NCBI GenBank assembly: GCA_951406725.2
Contig: OX597827.1
Location: forward strand, 21,204,001-21,268,000
Length of the DNA stretch: 64,000 bases
Origin: Octopus vulgaris
Lineage: Eukaryota
Direction: 5' to 3'
The notes below the pieces were generated by a model. That model was not told where the DNA came from. It was given only the letters and a program-made list of their open reading frames with translations, and searched no databases. Both the position numbers and the translations under genes were made by a program. Shown one piece after another: positions 1-12,339 of this stretch; position 1 is the first letter of the stretch, and each line of letters opens with the position of its first letter.

Positions 1-574
1 TCTGTGACGTAAATTTTTTGCTGTTCCACATGTCTCACTTTGAAGATGAAATTTATGGGGGGTTTTTTTCCTACTATTTTTTTATGGGTCTTTTGAAGGA
101 ATCTATCAAAATCGTCGGAAATCACTCATTCTTCAGATAAACCCCAACTACTGAAGGTGAGACGAGTGTAAAGTGGAAATATTGCAGATTTCATAACTTT
201 TGATGAAAAACAAAAAAAAAATTGTTATCGCCATATTAATATGGCATTCTTATAGATATAAGAATAATCGCTGCCGCTGGTCAGCTCCATGAGGCCACCG
301 CCTTAAGATAGCTATTGATACACGATCTGTATCCATTATAACCTTAAATTTCTTTGCGAATTAGCAATTGCCATTTCTTGTCAAATATTTGATTAAAGAG
401 TAAAAAAAAAAAAAAGCAACTGTAGCACTGAAAATCTACTTTAAAAAAATATATGTATTCTGTAAGCCTCTAAAATGACAAAGTGAGTTCAAGAATCAAC
501 CATTATATAAGAGATACACCTGAAGTCATGAATGAAATTCTGTACAAATTTCGAAACTAAACGGTAATATTTAC

Positions 575-760
575 GAGCTGCCAGAATCGTTCGCAGCACA
601 CCGAGCAAAATGCCTTGCGGTCGGTATTTCGTCCGTTTTTATGTTCAAAGTTAAAATTCCGCCGAGGTTGACTTCGCTTTTTATCCTTTCGGCATGGATA
701 AGATAAGTACCAGTTGAGTAATCGACTTTACCAATCCTTGGAAATTGCTTGAAACCAATA
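575..760 (+). mobile_element. Degraded SINE, family A (tRNA-type head)
   Basis: GAGCTGCCAGAATCGTT...AAATTCCGCCGAGGTTGACTTCGCTTTTTATCCTTTCGG...ATAAGTACCAG matches the better copies at 1880-2113 and 19146-19362. Confidence 0.7.
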
Positions 761-831
761 TATATGGACTGCACATGAAGTATACGAATGGAAAATAAGC
801 AGAGAAGAAAAAAGAAAAACGATTGAGGATT

Positions 832-1229
832 GGATCTTCTCGGTTTGAACGGCAGTTTTTTCTAACGGTGTCATATGAAATTGTCACCCATAATTATGAC
901 CCTAGTATCGATCTATTGCATTTCAATCTGTTTTAGGGTGAGGGGAAGGGTATCTTTTTTTCTTCACAAATGTAAATAAACCCAATCTGTTTCTTAAACG
1001 AGGAACATATTCATACGGCACAGAATGTTTTTTTTACCTCAATAGACGGTCATTGATTGGTTGAAATTGAAGAAAAAAATCAACAAATATCTTCCAAACT
1101 ATAGAATTTTCTCAATAAAGCCAAGAGAAAAAGATGTTTTATAAACACATTCTACCAGTATATGAAGTTTAAAATCTTTTAGTTACCAAGAAATTATGTT
1201 AAAAACTGCCGTTCAAACCGAAAAGATCC
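832..1229. mobile_element. MITE with 29-bp TIRs starting GG (Merlin-like, non-autonomous)
   Basis: TIR GGATCTTCTCGGTTTGAACGGCAGTTTTT (832-860) versus AAAAACTGCCGTTCAAACCGAAAAGATCC (1201-1229), one mismatch. A second copy lies inverted at 31899-32312. No TSD is retained here. Confidence 0.85.
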
Positions 1230-1805
1230 CAAATATTTTTACATCTGTCTAACTTTGGAGGCAAAATGTATTCCATTTGTGGCTTTGAATGTTTTGAAAG
1301 AATGTGACCATCGAACCCATCAAAAACAATTCGTTCTGTTGGCAAATCCCGAACCATAAAGCTGAGACCGGGTGCAAATAGAAAACATTTAACAGAGAGC
1401 ATAGAACTAACAAAATCCTGTGAAAACATCAATCGATATTTATGTGTTCATAAGATTCGTAAAAGCCATAAGTTACACGGTTAATAATTAATTTACATAA
1501 GCGAAAACTCACAGAAATGTTGTAACGTCTAGTCTTGTTGCATTCTTTTGTTCTTCAGATCTTGCCAAATATTTTCATGGACTTCTTTAAATGTTAATAC
1601 TATTTTCTAGGTACTTTCGCACCGAAATATTAATAGCGGTTTTAATTACAGGTATATGGATATTTATGCTGTTGGAATCAGCACAAAGAATAAATACGAG
1701 GACTGTTAGATTTGTAGGCCGCCCTTCAGACTCTTGTCTGCATATCGACCACATATTATAATATTAATCCATTCTACTGGAAGCACAAGGCCTCAAATTT
1801 GCCTA

Positions 1806-2113
1806 ACTGGTACTTGTTTAATCGATCCCAAAGTCGACCTCGGCGGAATTTGAACTCAGAACGTAGCGGCAGACGAAATACCTATTTCTTTACTACCCAC
1901 AAGGGGCTAAACACAGAGAGGACAAACAAGGACAGACAAACGGATTAAGTCGATTATATCGACTCCAGTGTTTCACTGGTACTTAATTTATTGACCCTGA
2001 AAGGATGAAAGGCAAAGTCGATATCGGGGAATTTGAATTCAGAACGTAGCGGTAGACGAAATACTGCTAAGTATTTCGCCTGGCGTGCTAACGATTCTGC
2101 CAGCTCACCGCCT
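1806..2113 (-). mobile_element. SINE family A: one near-full copy plus a partial tandem copy
   Basis: Reverse strand reads GGCGGTGAGCTGGCAGAATCGTTAGCACGCC...GCCTTTCATCCTTTCAGGGTCAATAAATTAAGTACCAG. An (AAT)n tract is adjacent. Confidence 0.8.
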
Positions 2114-2114
2114 A

Positions 2115-2146
<32 letters not shown>

Positions 2147-2605
2147 TAATAATGGCAGTAAATAGAATTTAAGTAAATGTTAAACTACTTCTAAATTTGA
2201 AAATATTTGCCATTTTATTCGGAATAAAAAAACAAAATCATGTAACAATGTAAGCAAGAAAAGAAATGTCCCAAAGTAATTTGGTTTATAAAATTCCTTG
2301 TTAGAAACCAAAGATATTTGATGGAAGAATTTGAGAAAGAATTACTGTTTGAGTAAAGATATTCCTGGAATTAAATCTGGATTTCGTTTTTAGGGTTTCC
2401 GTATTATAAATTTTAATTTTGTTCCTCGTTAAATCGAAAGAAGTAAGTTCTTAAGAGATAAATTGTTTTAATTATCTGAAACAACAATTATTGTGTGTGT
2501 GTGTGGAATATTAGAGAGGAATAAATACACAAACCAGAGCCAAAGAAAAAGATGACAGCAATATATCTTGTATCTTTCGTGTATCGGTTTTTCTTTTCGA
2601 CCATA

Positions 2606-3451
2606 TCATGTATCCCAAAGAGCACGAACCGGGTAGTTACGTGTCTGGCGTATGTACTCCAGCGTGGTCGTGTTGTGGCACATCAAATAAAAGTGGAAGA
2701 TAATCAAACACAGAAGGAGAATCATTATAACGAAAACCAAGATCTCGGTGGCACATACCAGTGCTAACCAGACGTCAGGTCGACAGCGAATAAAGAGAAT
2801 TTCGAAGGTGGGTAAAGAATTGCGCTCAGTGGCGTAACGGTACATAAATTTCCACCAACCGACTAACAGGATAGAATGGATACGCTCTGACATAATAACC
2901 AGAGTGCTGGTGAAAACTGTAGCCGACAGGATGAAGGCTGAACTGGAACTAATAATGAAACAGGCGTAGTTGCGACTTCCGATGCAATTGTTCAGCCAAA
3001 TACAATGGTGGTCGAAGAGGAGGACACATTTCTGACAGATAGGGCAGTGGTAGGACGATCCACACACGTAAGTGCCGCACTTGGCGCAGTAACGAAGGTC
3101 TTCGTCGTATTTTATGGCGACTTTCAAAAGTGCTGACGATTCAACAGGTTCTCCGTCCGGCATCGAACTGCCAATGCGAGACACCGGATCGACGGGATCG
3201 GTCAGTTTAGTGACGAAAAATGTTGTCAGGAATAGAAGGCTCATCAGACTTGCCACTATACCCAAACCAACGGTGGTTTTCGTTGGAAAGAGTGGCAAGA
3301 CGGCCGAAAAGTATATGAAGAAAATCCAGATAACTGAAATCCACAGAACCGCTTGGCGGCAGTTCTTCAAACGGTGGCGGCCATGTTGTTGAATATGTCC
3401 AGTCAACAAAGTCCTCTCAGTGGGAGACGCGGAAGCATAACTGAAAGGCAT
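2606..3451 (-). CDS. DHHC-family protein S-palmitoyltransferase, ZDHHC1/11-like, intronless (about 281 aa from ATG at 3451)
   Basis: Cys-rich domain YCAKCGTYVCGSSYHCPICQKCVLLFDHHCIWLNNCIGSRNY, four hydrophobic segments, DPxD before the domain (TDPVDP) and a C-terminal TTxE motif (TTTLEYI). The ORF track starts at an upstream TTG (3457). Confidence 0.93.
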   Translation of the reverse strand: MPFSYASASPTERTLLTGHIQQHGRHRLKNCRQAVLWISVIWIFFIYFSAVLPLFPTKTTVGLGIVASLMSLLFLTTFFVTKLTDPVDPVSRIGSSMPDGEPVESSALLKVAIKYDEDLRYCAKCGTYVCGSSYHCPICQKCVLLFDHHCIWLNNCIGSRNYACFIISSSSAFILSATVFTSTLVIMSERIHSILLVGWWKFMYRYATERNSLPTFEILFIRCRPDVWLALVCATEILVFVIMILLLCLIIFHFYLMCHNTTTLEYIRQTRNYPVRALWDT

Positions 3452-4794
3452 TTTCAAAGATTAAAGGACGTTTTCTTTTGTCTTCGCGTTTGCCAGGGAG
3501 TACCATATAAAGGAACTAGTTTGGCTAAAGAAACCAAGCTAAATAACTGTTGGATATATCATTCCGTTGCGTCGGTTTATTGAAGGAAAGAGCAGGGGCG
3601 GCAACAGGCATCAGTTTACAACCAAAAGCGAAGATGAAATGTGTTACTAGTTTTTAACTTGCACACAACCAGGTTGAGTCGGAAATTTGCTAGTGAAGGT
3701 GGTAACAGGTCAAAAAATAAAGAAATAGGTAACAGGTCAAAAAGGCAACACATTTCACTGGTTCGGGGGTGGGAGCCATCTGCTTAAACAATAAACAGTT
3801 TATTTTTTGAGTATTTGTATAGTGCAGAGTTCAAATCTGTCCTGAAGTCAAAGTCGTTGTTAACTCATTTTAGGACAATTAAACGTATGTGTATTAAAAA
3901 CACAACTACGTTCCAATTTTAACCTTTTGTTTATTTCATTTTATTTCATTTTTTCGTTTCTGCGTGATTTGCAACAATAAACTACACAAATTCATGTTTA
4001 GGAACATATCCACGCTATCTCAGCCTCATCTCAAGGATAAACAATGATGTTGCTCGTTCTTTTTATATAATGGCCGGCTTTTGTTCCTGCAGACTTCACA
4101 ACCAGGGTCTGACTGCAAGAGCGTTATTAGAGTTCCACGTCATTAAATGAGTATTATGGCTGTTAAAAAAAAAAGCGGGGGGGGGTGCAGTAGAAAGCCA
4201 GCACCACTCAATATCATGAAGACGAGAATGAGATAACCAAGAAATGTTGGTGTATTTTGGAATGTTATTGTTCCAAACGAACTCTCAAGTTCTGAAACGC
4301 AAGTACGAGAAAGCCCCTAACAATCACGCGATATACACACATCGGCAGGTAAGCAGTAAAATAAAATGAATATTTCACGTAATTATTTCATAATTTTCCT
4401 CTTTTTAATGATTTAATCAAGTGTGGAGATCTGTGAACCATGACGTTCCCACGCCGAGCGAGACAAGTGAGGTCAATAGGATTGCGGTTTCGTGTCAACA
4501 TCCGTGGCCTGACCTCTGCACGAAAGAACACCTAGGCTGAAATAGGGGTTGCTGTTCTAGAGTAGGGGTCGGCAAAGTGGTCAATATTGACCTCCCGTCT
4601 CACCTCTTATGCTCCCCCATCTCCTCTTGTAAATCCTAACCCAGCCACATTCTCAATTCTTGTGACCCTCTTATCCGGATCATTCTCACTTTAAATGTGA
4701 TTAGCCATGTAGCTCCTCTACAAGAAACTGCTCTGCTCTACCTTTCTCATACTTCAATTCCTCATGTAGCATAAAGCTATATATACGTACGAAC

Positions 4795-4875
<81 letters not shown>

Positions 4876-4993
4876 TATGACGGGCTTCTTTCAGATTCCA
4901 CCTACACTTCTCCAAAGTATCATGCATAGGGACTGAACCTGGAACCATGTGGTTGGGAAGCGAACTTCTTACCACAGAGCCACGTCTGTGCCT
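4795..4993 (-). mobile_element. Internally deleted SINE family B head abutting (TA)n/(CA)n
   Basis: GGGACTGAACCTGGAACCATGTGGTTGGGAAGCGAACTTCTTACCACA is the reverse complement of the family B head. Confidence 0.7.
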
Positions 4994-5209
4994 ATATAAA
5001 TATGTGTGCATGTGTGTGTGTGTGTGTGTGCACGCACACCCACACACACATCTTTATATCCAACGTGGATATCTTGTTAGTATGCTGAAAAGAGTCTCTC
5101 ATATAGACGCATGGTGCATAAAAACACAGCTACATATCATAGCAGACGAGAAGCTGGACATAAAGATTGCCATTTGGCATTAATACTCCTCCCATCACAC
5201 TAATAATTA

Positions 5210-5620
5210 TTCATCATCATCATCGTTTAGCGTCCGCTTTCCATGCTAACATGGGTTGGACGGTTCAACTGGGGTCTGGGAAGCCAGGAGGCTGCACCAG
5301 GCCCAGTCTGATCTGGCAATGTTTCTACGCTGGATGCTCTTCCTAACGCCAACCACTCCGTGAGTATAGTGGGTGCTTTTTACGTGCCACCGGCACAGGT
5401 GCCAGACGAGGCAGGCAAACAGTCACGATCGGATGGTGCTTTTTACGTGCCACCGGCACAGGTGCCAGACGAGGCAGGCAAACAGTCACGATCGGATGGT
5501 GCTTTTTACGTACCACCGGCACGGAGGCCAATCGGGGCGGCGCTGGCAACGGCCACGTTCGGATGGTTCTCTTACGTACCACGGGCACTGGTATCATAGC
5601 TACAATTTCCATTCATGTTG
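5210..5620 (-). mobile_element. RTE LINE 3' end with internal ~63-bp tandem modules and (GAT)n tail
   Basis: Same sequence as the 3' ends of coding RTE copies (16700-17065, 47960-48256). The unit GGTGCTTTTTACGTGCCACCGGCACAGGTGCCAGACGAGGCAGGCAAACAGTCACGATCGGAT is repeated. Confidence 0.8.
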
Positions 5621-5984
5621 ATCGATTTCGATTTTGATTTTTGTTTATTGATTTTGATTTATATCAGTGTCTGAAAAGATCCTGATATTCTATATATCGG
5701 TGGCAGCACAATTCAGCTGGTATGTGGCCACCAGATGCCTGGCACTGAAGAGATCCAGTAGACCAAAATTATGGGATCTGATTGTTCTGGTGGCCATATC
5801 AGATGATTACCATCTGCTACGATATGTGTCTGTTCTTTTGTGCACCATGCGTCCATATGAGAATATCTTGCAAGGCTAACATTGCAGCCTTCTGCATTCG
5901 AACAAGACAGCCACATTAAGTTGGATATAATGATTACCATTTGCTAAAATACTGCTTCTGCTGTTAATAATATATATATATATA

Positions 5985-6195
5985 TAAAGTTAATCCAAAC
6001 ATGAAAACACAAAGAGAAAACACAACAACACGAGGATGTGGAACAAGTATAGTATTATTGGACGTTCAGGAAAGAAGGAGGGTTTAATGTTTCGAGCGGA
6101 GCTCTTCATCAGAAACATAGGAAAAGGAAAGATCCAAAGAAGGGAAGACGGAGGGAAAAAATCGCCAATGGTACACACGCAGTCACATTTTGAAT
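5985..6195 (-). mobile_element. Solo Penelope-like terminal repeat (family P1) in (TA)n
   Basis: Homologous to 21147-21352, which lies 3' of a GIY-YIG remnant, and to 53330-53530. Contains a hammerhead motif. Confidence 0.75.
6082..6116 (-). ncRNA. Minimal type I hammerhead ribozyme motif
   Basis: Reverse strand GUUU-CUGAUGA-A-GAGC(UCC)GCUC-GAA-ACAU-U-AAAC: stem I GUUU/AAAC, canonical core, 4-bp stem II. Confidence 0.75.
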
Positions 6196-6204
6196 GATAT
6201 ATAT

Positions 6205-6241
<37 letters not shown>

Positions 6242-6519
6242 AGTTATTGCAAGGTATCATGTCATAACATATTTATACAGAGGAGAGTACAAAAATATAC
6301 CTCTATATTTAGCAGAAAACCAAGAGAATCCAAATAGTGAAAGTCCATAGCGAATTCACATTGACAGATACAAAACCAGGAAATTTAGTTAATAACATCA
6401 TTGACAATTTAGAGGAGAATTTGAGTAGTCCTTCATGTTGGTTCAACCTAGCTAGGTAAATAAAGATGCAGGGGATCACTTGTCAAAATGTTGAAATAAG
6501 GGAGTGGAAAAAGCAGATA

Positions 6520-6675
6520 GTTCTTTACAGCTGTTTCTGAGTAAGGTGTTCTTTTGAAACAGTCAAGTGCACTGTGCCTGCATATAACATAAGGTAGTTA
6601 GGTGCAAGTTACTGTATATGTATCAGCATATGTGTACGTTATGTGAATAGCCTAACCCATCATCAGAAAAGAAAC
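6520..6675 (-). ncRNA. Hammerhead ribozyme motif with greatly extended stem II loop
   Basis: CUGAUGA (6666-6660), stem II UGGGU-U-AGG...CCU-U-ACUCA, GAAA (6537-6534), palindromic stem III ACAGCUGU, GUA triplet, weak U-rich/AAGA stem I. Confidence 0.6.
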
Positions 6676-7284
6676 TTCACATGACTTACAGCTTGCACTA
6701 ATCTATTTTAGGTATATGCAGGCACAATGCACGTAACTACTTCTGCAGGAATACAGCCAAGTATCTTTCAAATCAAACCCTACTGTTATTTTTAAAATGA
6801 AAGGCTGTTTTCAAAAATATTGACGAGAATAATCAATATCCGAAGAGTCAAGAGATGAACGTGCCTGGCACACTTTTCATCATGGATTTCTTCCATCAGA
6901 GCTGACCTGGGACCAAATAAAAAGAACTGTAATAGACAAACACCTGCTCCACAAACCAAAGTGAGAACTACCTGTCTAGCCAAAGAAATGTGAAACAGAA
7001 AACAGATAAAGTTTCTAAAACAGCTACAAAGTTATGAATGCATAAAATTCATGAGTTTTTTTCAGTTCTTGTTTGTTTTTTTGGTTTTTTCCAGTCATAC
7101 ACTCGCCAATACATTAAACTGTGTTGCTTCATTGCACCACCACAAATTAGGAAGCAACGTTGTTTTGAGAATTTGGTTGATTAATCTCTGCCACACAATA
7201 TGTCGACAACAACAATTATTATGATGACGATGATGATGATGATGACGATGGTGGTGATGATGATGATGAATATCTAGTTCATTT

Positions 7285-8310
7285 TATCATCATGCAGCCT
7301 CCACTCTGCATGCTGGCAAAGCCAGAGGGTTGTGCTGAGCTCCACCGTCTGTTCTGGCATGGTTCCTGTGGCTGGATGCCCTTTCTAATGTTAACCACTT
7401 TGCAGAGTGTACCAGGTGCTTTTTTTCATTGCACCAACACCAGTGGGGTCACCAAGTAACTTGCAAGACAAGACAAAGCCGCCCCCCCCCCCAGCCAAGA
7501 GGCAGTAGTATTGAGGGAGGTGGCTTTGTACCAGTTGATGAAAGGCTGAAAGAATAATAGAGGTATAGAGATAGGTGTCTAGCTGTAGAAAAGATACAAG
7601 GACATTCTAGTTGGAGAAGAGAGAGAGGAGGAGACTTAGAGAGAGTGGGAGGGGAGAGGGAGAGAGATGATGGTGCATATGTATCTGGGCACTATAGATG
7701 CTTATAAGTTTCCAACAGATAAGTCATTGACTAAGTGCATGCCTGACAACAACAGGGAGTCTGCAACTTGATGCAAAACAAATACCACAAAGGACTATTG
7801 AAAAGTCTTGAGCGATCCTTCAGTTTAACATTCCAACTTATCTTATATATTACTTTACGTAAAAACAAATAAATAGTCAAACCGTCCAACCAATGCCAGC
7901 ATGGACAACAGACCTTAAATGATGATGATGGTGTGTGTGTATATATATATATATTCACACCATCATCATCATCATTCAAGGTCCATTATCCATGCTAGCA
8001 TCAGTTGGATGGTTTGACTGGGCTGAAGGCTGCACCAGACCCCAGTCTGACTTGGCATACTTTTCTATGGCTGGATGCCCTTCCCACACACCAACCACCC
8101 TGAGAGTGTAATGGATGTTTTTACATGCTACCAGCATGGGTGCCATTTGTGAGACACCAGAGTGCATTTACATGCCACTGGTATCTTCCATGACTACAAT
8201 TTTGCTTGGTTTGATGGGTCTTCTTCTCAAGCACAACATAATACCAGAAGTCTTGGTCATTGCCTCTGTGAGGCCCAACACTCCGAAGGAACTCAGCCAC
8301 TTTGCCTCTG
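7285..8310. mobile_element. Cluster of RTE 3'-end fragments in both orientations
   Basis: Recurrent GGCTGGATGCCCTT...AACCAC motif with (CAT)n/(GAT)n tails. Confidence 0.65.
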
Positions 8311-8329
8311 TGATATATATATATATATA

Positions 8330-9712
8330 TGTAGGACAAGTGAAAGTTCTTATGGGACAATCTTGTAAAAGTTGCAAAATATGTAGCTGGGCCAAAGTTT
8401 GAGCCGGACTGAGGCTGACCTGGTGGTGGAACAGTGAGGTAGACAAGGCAATAAAGACAGAGATGGGCAATGGAAACACTGGAAAAATAGAGGCAGCAAA
8501 GGTTTATATCAGGTAGCTAGGGAGGAAGCTGGGTGATTGATTTAACAAGCAAGAACAGAAGTAAAAAACTAGAGGTTTGCCAATGTCTTGCAGCCTGAAG
8601 ATCAGAGACTTGAAGCGCATTCTGGATTGCTAGACAGCAAATCAGAGAAAATCAAGATGTTGTGAGGGAGAAGTGTGTAATGATGGATAATGGTGAGCTT
8701 GCACTTAGTGACTACGAAAAGAAAAAAGCATGGAAGTGCTCCTATAAAAGCCAGACTACTTCACTGGATGGCTAAAGTCAGTGTGCATGTAAGACAAAAT
8801 GATTTAAGGGTAAAATTGCATAGAAGAGGCATCGACTTTGATGTGCAAGAGAGATGGCTTCACTGGTGTGGTCATGTGATGTGTATGGACAAGGAGAGCT
8901 GTGTAAAGAAGTGCTAATCTAATTGTGGAGGGGACATGTGGAAAGGGTAGACTCAGGAAGATATGGGATGAAGTGATGAGAAAGAACCCTCAGACGTTGG
9001 GATTCACTGAGGAGAAGACAAGGGACTGAGACTTGTGGAAATTTGCTCTGCTTGAGAAGACATGTAAAGCTAAATAAAATCACATACAGGCAGGTCCTTT
9101 ACGGCCATGCCCCACCACACACACATAATTCTGTCCTCTATCAAATTCCCCCAAAACCCATCATCCCAACACCCACCACCATTCTCCTTCACATGCCTAC
9201 CCACACACCAACCATACACCCTCCTAGTCACTCCAATTCCTCTCACCATCACTTGCTATCTCTAAACATCTTCCCTCACCCTCTTATGGAACATTCCCCT
9301 CTGGACTACTTAAAGAACCCCCACCATTACCTATGGACAAGCCCTCTCTCTCATTCCCACTTTCTTCTCCTTCCTTGTCCTCAAGTATCTCCTCAATAAT
9401 ATGAGGGCCCTGTCATACTCCCTCCCACAGCCAAGTGGCCATGCAAGCTCATGGATGCTGGTGCAATGAAAAAGCACCTGTGCCAATGCTACATGGAGAG
9501 TATCCATACTGGTGCCACGTAAATAACACCCAAGTCAGTGTCACACAAACAGCACCCATGAAAGTGCCACTTCTATGAAGTGGTTGGCATAAGGAAGGGC
9601 ATCCAACCATAGGAACAAATCAGACAAATGGAGCCTGGTGCAGCTCTCTGGCAGACCAGCTCCTGTTAAACCGCTCAACCCATGCCAGCATGGAAAACAG
9701 ATGATGATGACA
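8330..9712 (+). mobile_element. Degraded, internally deleted RTE LINE (ORF2 pieces plus 3' end)
   Basis: Translations VQERWLHWCGHVMCMDKESCVKKC and GRLRKIWDEV are typical of the RTE C-terminus. The 3' tail ends in GATGATGA near 9710. Confidence 0.75.
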
Positions 9713-9716
9713 TATA

Positions 9717-9937
9717 TGAAGGGGTGAGGCTGAAAAGTTCCTGTCTTTGGGGAACAGAAAATACTGGAGGAGGATCAGTTAATTATGATTTTATTCAACG
9801 TATTCCCTTCTCAGATTCGCAATTATTGCAGTGGTCCTTCCCTTTTTGTAAGCCCTGTAAAAGAACTTAGAAAGTTGGGCCTCCAACCAGGCCTTTCACG
9901 ACACCCTTAAAGCCAGGAACTTTTCAACATCCCCTTG
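9717..9937. mobile_element. Mariner-type MITE
   Basis: Imperfect TIRs (GAAGGGG..GCTGAAAAGTTCCTG / CAGGAACTTTTCAACATCCCCTTG) flanked by TA. Confidence 0.6.
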
Positions 9938-9999
9938 TATACATATACGTGTGTGTGTGTGTGTGTGTGCGTGTGTATGTGTGTGTGTGTATCAGTGTA

Positions 10000-11630
10000 T
10001 GTCATCATTGTCATTTAACATCGGTTTTCCATGTTGACATGGGTTTGACAAGGACTGGTAAACTGGAGAACTGCACTAGACTCCAGTCATCTGGCTTGGT
10101 TTTTATGGCTACATGCCCTTCCAAATGCCAACTACTTTACAGAGTGTATTAAGTATTCTTTCCATGTCACTGGCACAGGTGCCTTTCACAGTCTACTGGT
10201 AGGGGTGCCTTTTACCTGTAACCCTACAATGACCCCAATTCACTTAGCTTGACAAGTTTTCTCAAGCACAGTAAATCACCAAAGCTCTCAGTCACTTGTC
10301 ATTGCCTCTGTGAGGCTAAACAATCAAAGACCATACTTCACCACCTCATCCCAAATCTTCCTGGATCTCCCCTTCTACAAGTTCCCTTTATAGTTAGAGA
10401 TCAGCACTTTTTTACACATCTGTCCTCGTCCATACACATCACATGACCAGCATAATCCCCTTAACCCTTTCGTTACTGTATTTATTTTGAGATGCTCTGT
10501 GTTTCAGTTATTTTAAATATAACAAAGAATTTAGTAAAATAACTTAGTTATCATTCAGCTAGTGTTAGGAACCTAAATTGTGACTAAGGCTTGGTGGAAT
10601 ATTCTAACTCAGAATTTATGAAAAGACATTTTACCACAGAGCCAGAGCTGGTTTAGAAACAAAAGGTTTAAACCCAATTTTTCTCTTGAAACACATTCTG
10701 TCACACATCCAGCAAAGCATGCTAGTTTCATTCTTTTCAAGCCTTTACATATCCATAGCCCATGTTTCACTGCCATGTAGCATGGCTGTTCATAAGCAGG
10801 AATCATACAATCTGCTTTTCACTCTGAGGGTGAGGCCCTTTGTTACCAATAAAGGTAGAAGCTCTCTGAACTTTGCCCACCTCATTCTTATATTCTCGCA
10901 GCTACACTCTCAGAGCACACTGCTGATTTGATCCCCTAGCTTAATGGAAGAAGCTATCTAATACTTCTAAGTATCCTGCTGGGCATTTGACAAAGTCTAT
11001 TTTCTCCACATTCCTAGTGTTTATTGAACCTGGACGTCTGCTAAACACAAAGATTATTTTCCCTTTCAATCTCCCTCTCAAATTGTTACACCTATCATGT
11101 GTCCATAGCTTGCACCAGGTACATCTCATGGAGTTTCTACCTAAATCTTTTCTACATATCAAGCAGGGCCACCTCCCAGAAGGGATTTGTGGTTTGTCTG
11201 TTTTCCTATTTACTAAGACTTTGGTCTTTGCTAAATTAACTCTAACACCTTTAATTCCAGAACTTGTATCCACACCTGAAATCTCTTCTCTAGTTCTGGA
11301 AGTGATTCAGCTATAAGAACAAGGTAATCAGCATAGAGAAGCTCCCAAGACCAGCCAGTCTTAAATTCCTGTTATGATAAACAAAAGGGGGCTGAGAACC
11401 AATCCTTGGTGAACTCATTACCTGTACACTGAATTCAACACTATATTCATTACTTACCTTCACCTTATTGGCAGCATCCCTGTACATCTCTCACCAACTG
11501 CTCATCTATCCCTTGCTTACACATTGACCACCAGATAAGGGAGCTGGGGACCCTGTCAAAGGCTTTCTCCATACAGACAAAGGCCAAGTACAAAGGTTTT
11601 TTTTTTTTTGGTTAAATACTTCTCCTTACT
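10000..11630 (-). mobile_element. RTE LINE ORF2 fragment (RT to 3' end), pseudogenised
   Basis: RVNLAKTKVLV...GRWPCLICRK...CTWCKLWTHDRC and MEKAFDRVP-like RT motifs, with frameshifts and stops. Confidence 0.85.
10465..10667. mobile_element. piggyBac-type MITE nested in the RTE fragment
   Basis: TTAA|CCCTTTCGTTAC ... GAAACAAAAGGT|TTAA, and RTE sequence lies on both sides. Confidence 0.65.
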
Positions 11631-11959
11631 TGGAAATGTGTGTGGGTTGGTAATTGGAAAAGCAAGCATTTCCCTCATACAAACGGTGTCATCGGTTTCC
11701 CAACCTCCATGAAAATATGTCTCACCATGGGAAAAGTATTACTTTGCTAGGAAACAGGTAAGGGTTGACAACCCGAAGGCGTCAGGCCGTAGAAAATGTT
11801 CCACAGTGAATTGTCAGAACCATTCAAGCATGGAAAATGGCTATTAAAACGTTGATGATACGTGTGCATTTAAGGGATCACTGACCAAAATATAAAACAA
11901 GATATTATTTAAAAAGTCGGGTGCCTTTTAACTTTAGAGGATCTTTAAAAGTAAAACAA

Positions 11960-12338
11960 TTGTGGTAAGTAGCTTGCTTACCGACCACATGGTTCAGGGT
12001 TCAGTCCCACTACGTGGCACCTTGGGCAAGTGTCTTCTACTATAGCATTGGGTCGACCAAAGCCTTGTGAGTGGATTTGGTAGGCGGAAACTAAAAGAAA
12101 CCCGTCGTATATATGTATATGTATGCATGTTTGTGTGTCTGCGTTTGTCCTCCCCAACATCGCTTGACAACCGATGCTGGTGTGTTTACGTCCCCGTAAC
12201 TTAGCGGTTCGGCAAAAGAGACCGATAGAATAAGTACTAGGCTTACAAAGAATACGTCCTGGGGTCGATTTGCTCGACTGAAGGTGGTGCTCCAGCATGG
12301 ACACAGTCAAATGACTGAAACAAGTAAAAAAGAGAGTA
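11960..12338 (+). mobile_element. SINE family B (tRNA-type head, CORE-like ACCTTGGGCAAGT segment, internal TA/TG microsatellite)
   Basis: Near-identical to about nine other copies in the window. Ends in GAAACAAGTAAAA(GAGTA). Confidence 0.85.
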
Positions 12339-12339
12339 T

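Noticed and set aside
1-310. Possible end of a TTAA-flanked DNA transposon (…GGCCACCGCCTTAA)
   Set aside because: The other terminus is not in the window, so TIR and TSD cannot be verified.
4290-4355. Strong plus-strand donor CAG|GTAAGC suggesting a transcript divergent from the DHHC gene
   Set aside because: No matching downstream exon or coding signal was found, and a lone donor is not sufficient evidence.
5370-5595. Regularly spaced repeats resembling a CRISPR array
   Set aside because: Spacers are duplicated or related, the unit is part of an RTE 3' UTR, there are no cas genes, and the context is eukaryotic.
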